DNA of 64,000 bases from the NCBI GenBank assembly GCA_949372875.1, contig CASIAW010000002.1, forward strand, positions 39,658-103,657, in the 5' to 3' direction. A program made the position numbers and the translations under genes. The stretch comes from Candidatus Poseidoniaceae archaeon. GTDB taxonomy: Archaea > Thermoplasmatota > Poseidoniia > Poseidoniales > Poseidoniaceae. Within the stretch, counting starts at the first letter, position 1; the number at the start of each line of letters is the position of its first letter. This document shows positions 55,889 through 64,000 of the stretch, in pieces. Under the pieces are notes generated by a model. The model saw only the letters and a program-made list of their open reading frames with translations, was not told the origin of the DNA and did not search any database.

Positions 55889-58102
55889 TCACGTACGACT
55901 GGTGATGAGGCTCCAGCCGACTAAGCGGCCTTCTGTCGCATCAGCAAGTAAATTCAATTGATGTTGTTCAGTGTACACTGCCCCGCCTGATTCTACTTCT
56001 TCATCCCATGAGCGCGAAATATCGAGCGTTACTGCGCCATCGCCACCGTCTCCAATTTGAGAGAGGATTGACCCGATATCATTGCCAGGTACCGCAATCA
56101 AGTAACCCACTTGAACATCATCTTGGTAAGCACCAGAGGAGGTAAAGAAACGCTTGTCGCCAAACAAGACATTGTATTTGGACGAATCTGAAAACCGAGT
56201 TTCCAATTTCGTGATGTTGAGGGTGTTTGGGATTGAGTCACGATTCCATGCAGTCGAGTCCAAATCCCCCCTCTTATCATATTGACAATTCTCTTCACTT
56301 GGAATTCCGGTTAGATTGAATTGCACCCATCCTGCTTGTTCATCCGAAGCTACCCAAGAAAGATTCCATTGTGAAACGGTCGAAGATATATCTTGAGTCG
56401 TCCCTCGCCAGATATAACCGTTTTCTTCCAAAGCCCGAGAGGCACCTGGAGCGATGCTGTTCGGCCAGTAATCGAAACAGGAAAGGGCATCCTCAAAGGA
56501 ATGTTGGCGCAATGTAGAGTCATCGGGCATATGAAGGTCATATTCTCTCCAAGACTCAAGTTCGCTACTGGAGGGGCCCAATTGGTTCGCTTGTGGTTTG
56601 GAATTGTACGTAAGACCGAGGTCAAGCTGTTTTTCGCCACGTTGAAGGGATATCTTGGTGAAAGTGTGATGCAATTCCAGTTCTCCTTCAGGTAAAACAT
56701 AGTCATTGAGTAATTGCGATGCAGGTGAGCACCCAGAATCACTTGCTTGATTTTCAGAAATGACTACATCGACGGTTTGTTTTGCAGCCCATGGATTGTC
56801 TTCTTCGACCCAGAGATTCATTGTTGCCGAACCTAAACAATAGGCATCAATATCGTGATGAGTGGCAACTATTTTCCACACCAAGTCGCCTCCAAATTCA
56901 TCATTTCCAATGACGCGCCAATCCCAGCCAAGATTACTACCAGTAGCGCCATTATCAATCAAATCATTCGCAAAAAGATGTGCAATTTCGACCGGCTGCA
57001 TCATCAAAGCCAGCCCAGGAGCAAGCGTTTCAAGGTCGCCCAGAAGACCACCGACACCGTAACTCATTGTTGTTCCTTGATATTTACCGATTGGTGAGGG
57101 GAGGTCAAAGCCCCATTCAAGTTGGGTGGCTTTCGTGTCTTGATTGCGCAATTCAGTATACGAGGTGGTGGTTAAATCTGCGGTGCCTGAACCAGTAATT
57201 GCGCCAAATTCGCAAATAGAACCAATTGACAAATGGCGGTTTACTCTGAACGGTTCTAACGAATTGGTGTTCACCGTTTCAACTGCAAGCCACTCTGCTC
57301 CCATACCCCCGACAACTCGAACAGCGCCTAACCGGTCTGTTGAGCCTTCATTCACCAGTTCACTGGTTCCACCATCGGTAATAGAAAGCCCTCCTACTCC
57401 AGCAAAATCCAGAGAGAGTTTACAGATTTCGTCTTCGGTTTCTAATTGATCCATTACAAGTTCAACATATCCTTCAGTAGCAAGGAAACTCGCCAAGCCA
57501 TCATTGTCTCCACTGATTTGGTATTGCATCGCATCACCATAACGAAGTTGTTCAGCGGTGAAAGAATCGAGTTGGTTATCAAGATAATAATATCCGCCAG
57601 CGCCCAAGATGACAAGGGTGAGAAGAACTGCAGCAACCTGAGGTTTACGGACGATGTCAAGAAGCGTGGCTGGCCCGTCGCTTACCCGCTTATTGCTCAC
57701 TTTTGGTTCGGTTTTTTTGATGACTTTGGGTGGCTCTTCATCAATCATCTCAGCGTCAAGTATTTCCGCATCGAGAATTTCTTCTTGATTTACCGGGGGG
57801 TCGTCCACTTCAGGTTCTTCAAGCTCTGCAGGAGCCATCGTGTCTTCATCTTCGAGTGAAAGAACAATCTCTGATTCTGTGGATGATTTTTCAACTTTTG
57901 ATGGTGCGGCAGGCGCCACTTTACTCGGCAAGCCGACCTCTTTTTCAGAAAGCCCAAATTCAAGGAGTCGGTCAACTATTTCTGACTTTTTTCCGGATGT
58001 TGGCAAATCATTGAGGATACAGAAGGCTTTGAGTTTTGCAACGGTCAAAGAAGATGTTTGTTCGTCCGACATCACCAAACCCTCAGTGTGGCCTGTCGCC
58101 AT
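55889..58102 (-). CDS. single-pass membrane protein with cytoplasmic N-terminal SAP domain and large extracytoplasmic domain
   Basis: LTVAKLKAFCILNDLPTSGKKSEIVDRLLEF matches the SAP motif. An acidic linker, a TM helix (VAAVLLTLVILGAGGYYYL) and a ~540-aa Gly/Thr/Ser/Trp-rich ectodomain follow. Confidence 0.55.
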   Translation of the reverse strand: MATGHTEGLVMSDEQTSSLTVAKLKAFCILNDLPTSGKKSEIVDRLLEFGLSEKEVGLPSKVAPAAPSKVEKSSTESEIVLSLEDEDTMAPAELEEPEVDDPPVNQEEILDAEILDAEMIDEEPPKVIKKTEPKVSNKRVSDGPATLLDIVRKPQVAAVLLTLVILGAGGYYYLDNQLDSFTAEQLRYGDAMQYQISGDNDGLASFLATEGYVELVMDQLETEDEICKLSLDFAGVGGLSITDGGTSELVNEGSTDRLGAVRVVGGMGAEWLAVETVNTNSLEPFRVNRHLSIGSICEFGAITGSGTADLTTTSYTELRNQDTKATQLEWGFDLPSPIGKYQGTTMSYGVGGLLGDLETLAPGLALMMQPVEIAHLFANDLIDNGATGSNLGWDWRVIGNDEFGGDLVWKIVATHHDIDAYCLGSATMNLWVEEDNPWAAKQTVDVVISENQASDSGCSPASQLLNDYVLPEGELELHHTFTKISLQRGEKQLDLGLTYNSKPQANQLGPSSSELESWREYDLHMPDDSTLRQHSFEDALSCFDYWPNSIAPGASRALEENGYIWRGTTQDISSTVSQWNLSWVASDEQAGWVQFNLTGIPSEENCQYDKRGDLDSTAWNRDSIPNTLNITKLETRFSDSSKYNVLFGDKRFFTSSGAYQDDVQVGYLIAVPGNDIGSILSQIGDGGDGAVTLDISRSWDEEVESGGAVYTEQHQLNLLADATEGRLVGWSLITSRT

Positions 58103-58169
58103 TCCCTTTCAAGTGTGACCCTTCTTGTGCCCTTGAAAACGCGAGTTTTTCAAGCAGTTGGGACCTCGG

Positions 58170-59201
58170 TTAGGCCTCATAAGGCGCATATGAACCATCT
58201 GGATTTTGAACATAAACGGTTTGCTCATAAGTGCCATCAGCTAGTTTTTTGAAGAAATAGCCGCCTTCTGCTGGTTCGAATGTTGCTTCTTGGACCTCTA
58301 CTGGCTGCTGAACTTGTGAAGCCTCGACTAGCGGTGCAGGCGGCGTTTCAGGAGCGGGCGGTCCTGTTGGGCCTGGGCTAGGAGGTCCTGTTGGGCCCGC
58401 TGCAGGTGGTCCTGTTGGGCCTGGGCTAGGAGGGCCTGTCGGGCCTGCTGCGACGCGTGAATCTGTAAGTGATGCCAAAACCTTCTCTTCTGTCGACTCA
58501 TCCCCATTTTCGAGAAGAGTTTTGAGTTGTGCTCCGTGCTTCTGGGCGCCGATAAAGGCAAACGCTGACAATGAAAGACATATGATGCCAAAGAGGCCTC
58601 CAATCACTTGGTTTGGCCATACTTTACCATCGACTGACATGTCGTTATTGAAGGTGCTGTCAACCTTTCCACTGGTATGATTGAAGTATTGAACAATGAT
58701 ACAATACTGGCCCGGGTCTACTGAAAACTTGAAGGTGTATTCTTCGCCTTCAACCAATCCACTTCGGTTTTGATACTGGTATGCGTGATTGGTACCGAGT
58801 TTAGCCTCATCAGTGAATATTCCGAGATTGACTTGACAATTATTCATTTTAATGACGTACGCATCGATACTAATGTTGGAATGCGCAGGCGGATTTGATG
58901 CTGTAACGTCCAGATGCAATGGGGCGTCAAACAAATCCTCACCCGGTAAAGAAGGACCCCACACAAGACCTATGTCTTTCTCGACTGAATTCGTGAAATC
59001 ATCATAATTAGCACTAAAAGGCATTGGGAAGAGGGCGAAAGTGAACATTAAAACCGCTATACCGAGCCACAAAAATACGTTCCAGCGAGACTTTTTCAAT
59101 TCTTCTTTTCGCTGGTCGAGCGTGAGCGATTCAGCAACCTCTTCTCGGTCTGCATCGGCTGGAATTTCTTCACTGGCAGCCACTACGTCCTGTTCGGTCA
59201 T
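58170..59201 (-). CDS. 2-TM membrane protein with Pro/Thr-rich tandem repeat
   Basis: 343 aa. The ectodomain lies between two TM helices. The C-terminal region carries a (GPTGPPxP)x4 repeat. Confidence 0.5.
   Translation of the reverse strand: MTEQDVVAASEEIPADADREEVAESLTLDQRKEELKKSRWNVFLWLGIAVLMFTFALFPMPFSANYDDFTNSVEKDIGLVWGPSLPGEDLFDAPLHLDVTASNPPAHSNISIDAYVIKMNNCQVNLGIFTDEAKLGTNHAYQYQNRSGLVEGEEYTFKFSVDPGQYCIIVQYFNHTSGKVDSTFNNDMSVDGKVWPNQVIGGLFGIICLSLSAFAFIGAQKHGAQLKTLLENGDESTEEKVLASLTDSRVAAGPTGPPSPGPTGPPAAGPTGPPSPGPTGPPAPETPPAPLVEASQVQQPVEVQEATFEPAEGGYFFKKLADGTYEQTVYVQNPDGSYAPYEA
58361..58456 (-). repeat. 4 x 24-nt tandem repeat (codes GPTGPPSP/GPTGPPAA units)
   Basis: The unit ggtcctgttgggcctgggctagga is repeated with minor variation, inside the CDS. 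Confidence 0.7.
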
Positions 59202-59243
59202 ATTTGTTCCGATTTCAAGCGAGCACTTGAAAGGCGCGACGGA

Positions 59244-60497
59244 ATGTCGTCAAGCATGGAGGAGAATGGAGTGAATCGCGAAGATGATGCGATAAACGAT
59301 GTTGACCTTCGCATAGCGATTCTCTCAAGGGGGCCGCGACTATACAGCACTCGGCGGTTGGTTGAAGAAGCCAAAAAGCGAGGGCTTCAGCCTTATGTGG
59401 CCGACCCGATGAAGTTCTCTTTATTTGTTGCAGATGGGCGAATTGATATTCTCCACGATGGAGAGCCTTTCAATTATGATGCCGTCATTCCTCGTATTGG
59501 CCATTCAATCACCAAGCACGGTGTGGCCGTTCTGCGACATATTGAGCAATTAGGAATCTGGACGGCCAATACTGGAGCGGGTATTCTCAAGAGTCGCGAT
59601 AAACTACACGCATCACAGATTTTAGCACGAAACAGAATTCCCGTACCTCGCACAACATATGTTCGAGATATTATCGACGTAGAAACTGCTGTCGATTTTG
59701 TCGGTGGCCTACCCGTAGTGGTCAAAGTTACGCAAGGCACCCAGGGTCAGGGTGTATTCTTACGGCACACTATACGGGAAGCACGAAATCTCGTTCAAGG
59801 GCTGTTACTCACCGGACGTTCAATCTTGATTCAGGAATACATTGCAGAATCTCACGGGAAAGATATTCGAGCTCTGGTCGTAGGTGATCGAGTTGTAGCA
59901 AGTATGCGCCGACGTGCACGGGGTAGAGAATTTAGAAGTAATTACCATCTCAACGGAACGGTTGAAAATGTAGATTTGCCTAAAGAATTCGAAGAAGCCG
60001 CATGCCGAGCTGCTCGTGTTCTAGGCCTCCATGTCGCTGGAGTCGATTTACTTGAATCGAGAAATGGACCATTGGTTCTTGAAGTTAATTCCTCACCCGG
60101 GCTTGAAGGAATCGAGAAAGCGAGTGGCGTTAATGTCGCCGGAGAAATCATTGATTACGTAACCAGTGAAACTGCCTTCTCAGAAGTTGACCTTGATCAG
60201 TTGCTACGAACAGTTCCAGGTGCTGGAGTTCTTTCGCTTCAAATCCGAAACCATCCAGTACTCGTGGGACAACCTCTTGCAAGTTTATTCAAATCCAATG
60301 TCGACATTCCAGTGTTCGCACTTTCACGCGATAATGCATTATTATGGAATCCAAGTGATGAATTGCAATTGCGATATGAAGATGTTTTGATTTGTTATGG
60401 TGAACTCACTGAACTGAGAAGTTCTCTTCGCCAAGCCATGCTTGAAGTGCCACAGAAAGCCTTCGATGTTCCTTCTTCCGAAGAAACCAATGCATGA
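59244..60497 (+). CDS. RimK-family ATP-grasp ligase fused to a C-terminal TrkA_C (RCK_C)-like domain
   Basis: The ATP-grasp core runs ~300 aa (RIAILSR...VVKVTQGTQGQGV...LVLEVNSSPGLEGIE). The C-terminal ~110 aa resemble RCK_C (GQPLASLFKSNVDIPVFALSRDNALLWNPSDELQLRYEDVLICYGE). Confidence 0.7.
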   Translation: MSSSMEENGVNREDDAINDVDLRIAILSRGPRLYSTRRLVEEAKKRGLQPYVADPMKFSLFVADGRIDILHDGEPFNYDAVIPRIGHSITKHGVAVLRHIEQLGIWTANTGAGILKSRDKLHASQILARNRIPVPRTTYVRDIIDVETAVDFVGGLPVVVKVTQGTQGQGVFLRHTIREARNLVQGLLLTGRSILIQEYIAESHGKDIRALVVGDRVVASMRRRARGREFRSNYHLNGTVENVDLPKEFEEAACRAARVLGLHVAGVDLLESRNGPLVLEVNSSPGLEGIEKASGVNVAGEIIDYVTSETAFSEVDLDQLLRTVPGAGVLSLQIRNHPVLVGQPLASLFKSNVDIPVFALSRDNALLWNPSDELQLRYEDVLICYGELTELRSSLRQAMLEVPQKAFDVPSSEETNA

Positions 60498-60640
60498 TTC
60501 GGCGTCAAGACAAAGGGTCTTTTCTGATTTGATGTTGCAGGTGAACGCGCGGTGGTTTGATATGGTAGTCCGTATTCTTCTCTTCTGCTCTACGGAGCAC
60601 GGGATGCACACCCGCCCTAGGCGGGAGGCGGTGAACGCCA

Positions 60641-61738
60641 ATGAATACGCGGAGAAGAGAGGAGCGAAATCGCAAGGCTATGAGGCCGAGCCAAATGCGG
60701 CTAAATGAAGCCTCAGTCACGCTTCCACCACGACTTAACCATATGCAAGACCTGCCTTGGCTAGCATGCTATATGCAAACTCTCAAAGCAGAAAATAAAT
60801 CTCTTAATACTCAAAAATCATATGCAAGTGGATTGCGAGCATTGATTGAAACAACATTGCCGAATGAAAATGTCCTCAGCGAAGCGGATTATCATGCAAT
60901 AACCGTCTTGGAACTAGCTGAACGAATGGAACCACTCAATGGTCGAATGGACCGATGGACACACGGTTTATCCGACCTGCGTCCAACGACATACAACGCT
61001 CGACTGGCTGCTGCTCGCCATTTACTGAAATGGCTCGGTCATCGATGGCCCGATCATCTGGTCCGAGCACGAACTGGAAAACGCCTTCCACGAACTCTGA
61101 ATCGCAGAGAGATGTCCATGGTTTTAGATGCTTCAGCAAAGAGCGAGGACCCTGTTGCCTCAATCGTCGTAACGATGATGTTGGATACGGGATTACGAGT
61201 CAGTGAAGTGTGTAACCTTGACCGAAATGACATCGATCTTGAAGACGGTTCTGCGCGAGTCTATGGCGGGAAAGGCGACAAAGATCGCCTGGTACTGTTC
61301 ACTCGGCGAACACTTGAACGTATTCACGCATGGATACCAATTCGTGAAGCGCGAGTACGAGACGACGACTTCGCTTTCTTGTTGAATTCTGCCGGCCGGC
61401 GATTACAGCCTCGAGGCGTACAGCGATTGATGGATTCACTCGCCCAAGATGCTGGACTTCCAAAAGGAAAACTGACGCCGCACGTATTGCGGCATAATTT
61501 TGCGACTGGATTGCTCGAACGAGGTGCAGATCTTGTCACAATACAACGCTTACTCGGGCATTCAAGCATAGCCACAACAAGGGTTTATCTCGAAATTTCA
61601 GACCAGACATTGCGTGAAGTCTACCATAGGGCGCAAGCGACGCGAGAAACCCTCGAAGCTGCTGCTGCTGCGAGTACGAATGAAGATGAAGAATTAGTTG
61701 AAACAACGCCTTCGACCAGTTCTCTCGGGATTGAATGA
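60641..61738 (+). CDS. xerA: tyrosine recombinase (XerA/XerC/D-like)
   Basis: The catalytic R...HxxR...Y region is HVLRHNFATGLLERGADLVTIQRLLGHSSIATTRVYLEIS. The N-terminal core-binding SAM-like segment is NTQKSYASGLRAL. The real start is probably the Met at ~60743. Confidence 0.75.
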   Translation: MNTRRREERNRKAMRPSQMRLNEASVTLPPRLNHMQDLPWLACYMQTLKAENKSLNTQKSYASGLRALIETTLPNENVLSEADYHAITVLELAERMEPLNGRMDRWTHGLSDLRPTTYNARLAAARHLLKWLGHRWPDHLVRARTGKRLPRTLNRREMSMVLDASAKSEDPVASIVVTMMLDTGLRVSEVCNLDRNDIDLEDGSARVYGGKGDKDRLVLFTRRTLERIHAWIPIREARVRDDDFAFLLNSAGRRLQPRGVQRLMDSLAQDAGLPKGKLTPHVLRHNFATGLLERGADLVTIQRLLGHSSIATTRVYLEISDQTLREVYHRAQATRETLEAAAAASTNEDEELVETTPSTSSLGIE

Positions 61739-61979
61739 ATCACGTACGCTTTTGTTTACGCTTTTTCACAGTAGAAGGGCCGGTCCATTCTCGATGCGGC
61801 GTGATTTCTTGCCCCCTATGACCTTCAATAGGGCAAAATTTCCCAGAGCGGCACCGCGAACAATTTTCCTTTGACGGCATTTCGACGGTCTTTCGTAACC
61901 GACCGTATTTCCGTCGTGGCATACATGAATGGAGAAAACGACGGTATTCAATGCTAACGCCCTTTTAGATAAATACGAT

Positions 61980-62492
61980 TCACTTTTTCTTGAACCATGG
62001 CATATCGGTAACGCTACGAGGAATACGAAGAGTAGACCCTTTACGACCATCGCCTGAATCAGAGGATTTGACTTTGTCCTTGCCTTTGATGGCTTTTTCT
62101 GAAACTTTCTTAGCGGCCGACTTGGTTTTCGTAGCGGCTTTCTTGGAGACGGACTTTGCAGCTGAAGTTGCTTTCTTAGCGGCCGACTTTGATTTAGAGG
62201 CAGCCTTCTTCACGACAGAAGCCGATTTTTTAGCGGTGGATTTGGTTGCTGTCTTCGCCTTCGACGCGGTTTTCTTAGCAGCGCTAGAGGCTTTGTCAGC
62301 AGCCTTAGCTGCAGCACTGACTTTCTTTGCAACCGCAGCACTGAGGCCTGCATCTTGCAACTTCTTAGAGCCTGCGGATGCGACCTTGGAGACTGAATCA
62401 ATCTTTGCACTAATCAATTTTTTTGCTGTTGCAGCCCCTATTCCAGGAAGTGCAGTTAACGTGTCGATTTTTGAATTACCCTTTGCAGCCAT
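61980..62492 (-). CDS. HhH-motif DNA-binding protein with Lys/Ala-rich histone-H1-like tail
   Basis: An N-terminal LTALPGIGAATAKKLI hairpin is followed by ~100 aa of (A/S/T)KK(A/S) repeats. Confidence 0.55.
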   Translation of the reverse strand: MAAKGNSKIDTLTALPGIGAATAKKLISAKIDSVSKVASAGSKKLQDAGLSAAVAKKVSAAAKAADKASSAAKKTASKAKTATKSTAKKSASVVKKAASKSKSAAKKATSAAKSVSKKAATKTKSAAKKVSEKAIKGKDKVKSSDSGDGRKGSTLRIPRSVTDMPWFKKK

Positions 62493-62548
62493 TGGCTCAC
62501 CAAACAGCCGATGCGAGTTGAACACATCAATTCTTCTCTTCACTCGTT

Positions 62549-63460
62549 TTGGGAAGGGGTTGGGTTGATGAGGTCGAAAGCAACCCGCATATCATGGGGA
62601 GTCAAGGGCACAGCGACGATATAGTGGTTGTCTATGCTCAAGTTGGAACGGCTAAAGCAAACCACCGTGTCGAAAACGATACTGGTTTTTTAAGACCGAA
62701 ATCGTATCGCTTACCCAGCAAAGTCGTGTATCTTGGAGATGTTGCGACCAATGCTCTGGCTTATCTCGAGAACCCTGAAACACCTCGTTTCACCGAACCT
62801 CCACAATTCAATGAACAAAGGTGGGCATTCAAAACACAAAGCGGTGGGTTAGAACTGACCATATCCTCGAAGTCCTATTGGGGATTTGGGCTCTTTAATT
62901 CCAGTTATCTCAATCGTCTGGAACTCAAGGGGCCGCCGCAATCATACGCCCGTTTATTGTTCGACCTTTCCGCTTCTCTTGGGCATCAGCCGTGGGAGTT
63001 TTCTCACCCTTCCTCCGCGGAAAAATTCCTCACAAAACAAGATGGTGATATAACCCTTAAATCGAATGAAAGGTTGTGGAAACGGGCTTTTGAAATGGCA
63101 AAATCAATATTTGAAGAGCAGATGTTTATGATTGAAGAGAAAGAAAAAGCAGTCGTGAAACGAGTGAAAAAGGCTGTAGAATCGAAAGAATGGACTGTTG
63201 CTCGAGCAGAGGATTTGATCGAAGATGCGCAGTATGATTTGCAGGTTGCTAAAGGAGCCCTTGCCGATGGCAATGCGCCAGGATTTGAGAGAGCCCTTGC
63301 TCGTGCAGAAGCGAGTTTCATTGAAGCTGACCCACAGGAAGTTGGAAGAATGTTCGATGACGATTTGTATAAATCCCCACAAGGGCAAGTACTCGACAAC
63401 AAAATGCTTGATTCCGAAGTCATGCTGGTAGATTTGACTACAAATACAGAAGAGGAGTGA
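62549..63460 (+). CDS. hypothetical cytosolic protein
   Basis: 303-aa ORF. No motif was recognised. Confidence 0.35.
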   Translation: MGRGWVDEVESNPHIMGSQGHSDDIVVVYAQVGTAKANHRVENDTGFLRPKSYRLPSKVVYLGDVATNALAYLENPETPRFTEPPQFNEQRWAFKTQSGGLELTISSKSYWGFGLFNSSYLNRLELKGPPQSYARLLFDLSASLGHQPWEFSHPSSAEKFLTKQDGDITLKSNERLWKRAFEMAKSIFEEQMFMIEEKEKAVVKRVKKAVESKEWTVARAEDLIEDAQYDLQVAKGALADGNAPGFERALARAEASFIEADPQEVGRMFDDDLYKSPQGQVLDNKMLDSEVMLVDLTTNTEEE

Positions 63461-63516
63461 ATTTCTTGGCCGCGTCGCGTTCATAAAGGGGTGGCAACTC
63501 GCACATATTGGTCCAC

Positions 63517-63708
63517 ATGGCTTCAAAGAAGAAATCCGACGGTAGCGGTATTCAACAGGCTGCAGGTCTTATCCGATATTTCGATGAAGAATCTGAAGAC
63601 GCTTGGAAGATTACTCCATTCCAAGTCTATGCAGCATGTATCGGCATTGGAGCATTCTTCTACCTCGTTAATCAAGGCGTTGTCTCTTGGATTCTTGACC
63701 TGTTTTGA
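63517..63708 (+). CDS. Sec61-beta (archaeal SecG) translocon subunit
   Basis: ~63 aa with the conserved AAGLIRYFDEE and a single C-terminal TM helix. Confidence 0.65.
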   Translation: MASKKKSDGSGIQQAAGLIRYFDEESEDAWKITPFQVYAACIGIGAFFYLVNQGVVSWILDLF

Positions 63709-63715
63709 ACACAAT

Positions 63716-64000
63716 TCAAATCGGTTGAATCATGATGATTCTATTTTCTTTTTGTGCCATGCATTGTGCAACTTTCATTGCAGTTCGCATATCTGTCGTT
63801 CCACCAATCACCTTCTCGCCTTGGGCATCGTGAAGAATAAGTTTGTGAGTAAGGTTGTAAAGAACACCTTCTTCGATTCTCTCAAAGACCCAATGTTCAT
63901 TTTCAATTCGGACCATAGCCGGAATTTCTACGAACGGCCCCATCTCTGAACCGATTGTTTGTGTTCGTGATTTCAATCCCTGAAGGTCTCGAACTGGACT
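63716..64000 (-). CDS. C-terminal part of a gene that continues beyond the window
   Basis: An open frame runs to the window edge. No assignment was made. Confidence 0.3.
   Translation of the reverse strand, partial: SPVRDLQGLKSRTQTIGSEMGPFVEIPAMVRIENEHWVFERIEEGVLYNLTHKLILHDAQGEKVIGGTTDMRTAMKVAQCMAQKENRIIMIQPI

Noticed and set aside
58361-58456. Tandem 24-nt repeats as a CRISPR-like array
   Set aside because: There are no spacers, the repeats are contiguous and in-frame within a CDS, and they encode a Pro/Thr-rich linker.
60641-61738. Integrase marking a mobile element or prophage boundary
   Set aside because: There is no adjacent tRNA, no direct repeats and no phage-like genes. The motifs fit a chromosomal XerA-type resolvase.

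Overview
This 64-kb window looks like an archaeal chromosome segment. Archaeal markers include the P0/P1 ribosomal stalk proteins, Spt5, SecE, Sec61-beta, an Lrp regulator, a THEP1 NTPase and a XerA-like recombinase. Several bacterial-type genes are also present (RNase R, CopA, fused RibD). The large secreted proteins rich in thrombospondin-type-3 (TSP3) calcium-binding repeats suggest a planktonic euryarchaeote such as a Marine Group II-like lineage; this is inference only. All calls were made by eye from the ORF translations and the DNA, with no database searches.

Gene content, in order along the window:
- Ribosomal cluster on the minus strand: secE, spt5 (with an extra in-frame N-terminal domain), rpl11 (C-terminal domain only), rpl1, rpl10(P0), rpl12(P1).
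- A J-domain protein, an RNB-family exoribonuclease, copA-copZ, and tRNA-Leu(UAG).
- A 1211-aa TSP3-repeat surface protein bracketed by imperfect ~50-bp direct repeats.
- A cystathionine beta-synthase (CBS)-like / cystathionine gamma-lyase (CGL)-like reverse-transsulfuration pair.
- A nucleotidyltransferase-methyltransferase pair divergent from a GT-C glycosyltransferase.
- ribD, a DAGK-like lipid kinase, and tRNA-Ser(UGA).
- A heme-copper oxidase operon: coxII, coxI (with a fused N-terminal extracytoplasmic domain), a long coxIII, a subunit-IV-like protein, and a Sco1 with a long extension.
- An Lrp / membrane protein / NSun operon.
- An N6-adenine DNA-methyltransferase-like gene directly downstream of two TerB-domain genes.
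- A sugar-nucleotide / GtrA cluster and cofactor genes (PPS-like, NadC, CoA-binding).
- An IPMDH-family dehydrogenase.
- A furin/kexin-like subtilase with a P domain.
- A membrane protein with a cytoplasmic SAP domain.
- A RimK-TrkA_C fusion, a tyrosine recombinase, an HhH/Lys-Ala-rich DNA-binding protein, and sec61-beta.

No rRNA, CRISPR array, transposase or obvious prophage was seen. The candidates most worth a second look are the MTase + 2x TerB module, the repeat-bracketed adhesin next to tRNA-Leu, the domain-level anomalies in rpl11/spt5/coxI/sco1, and the SAP-anchored surface protein.
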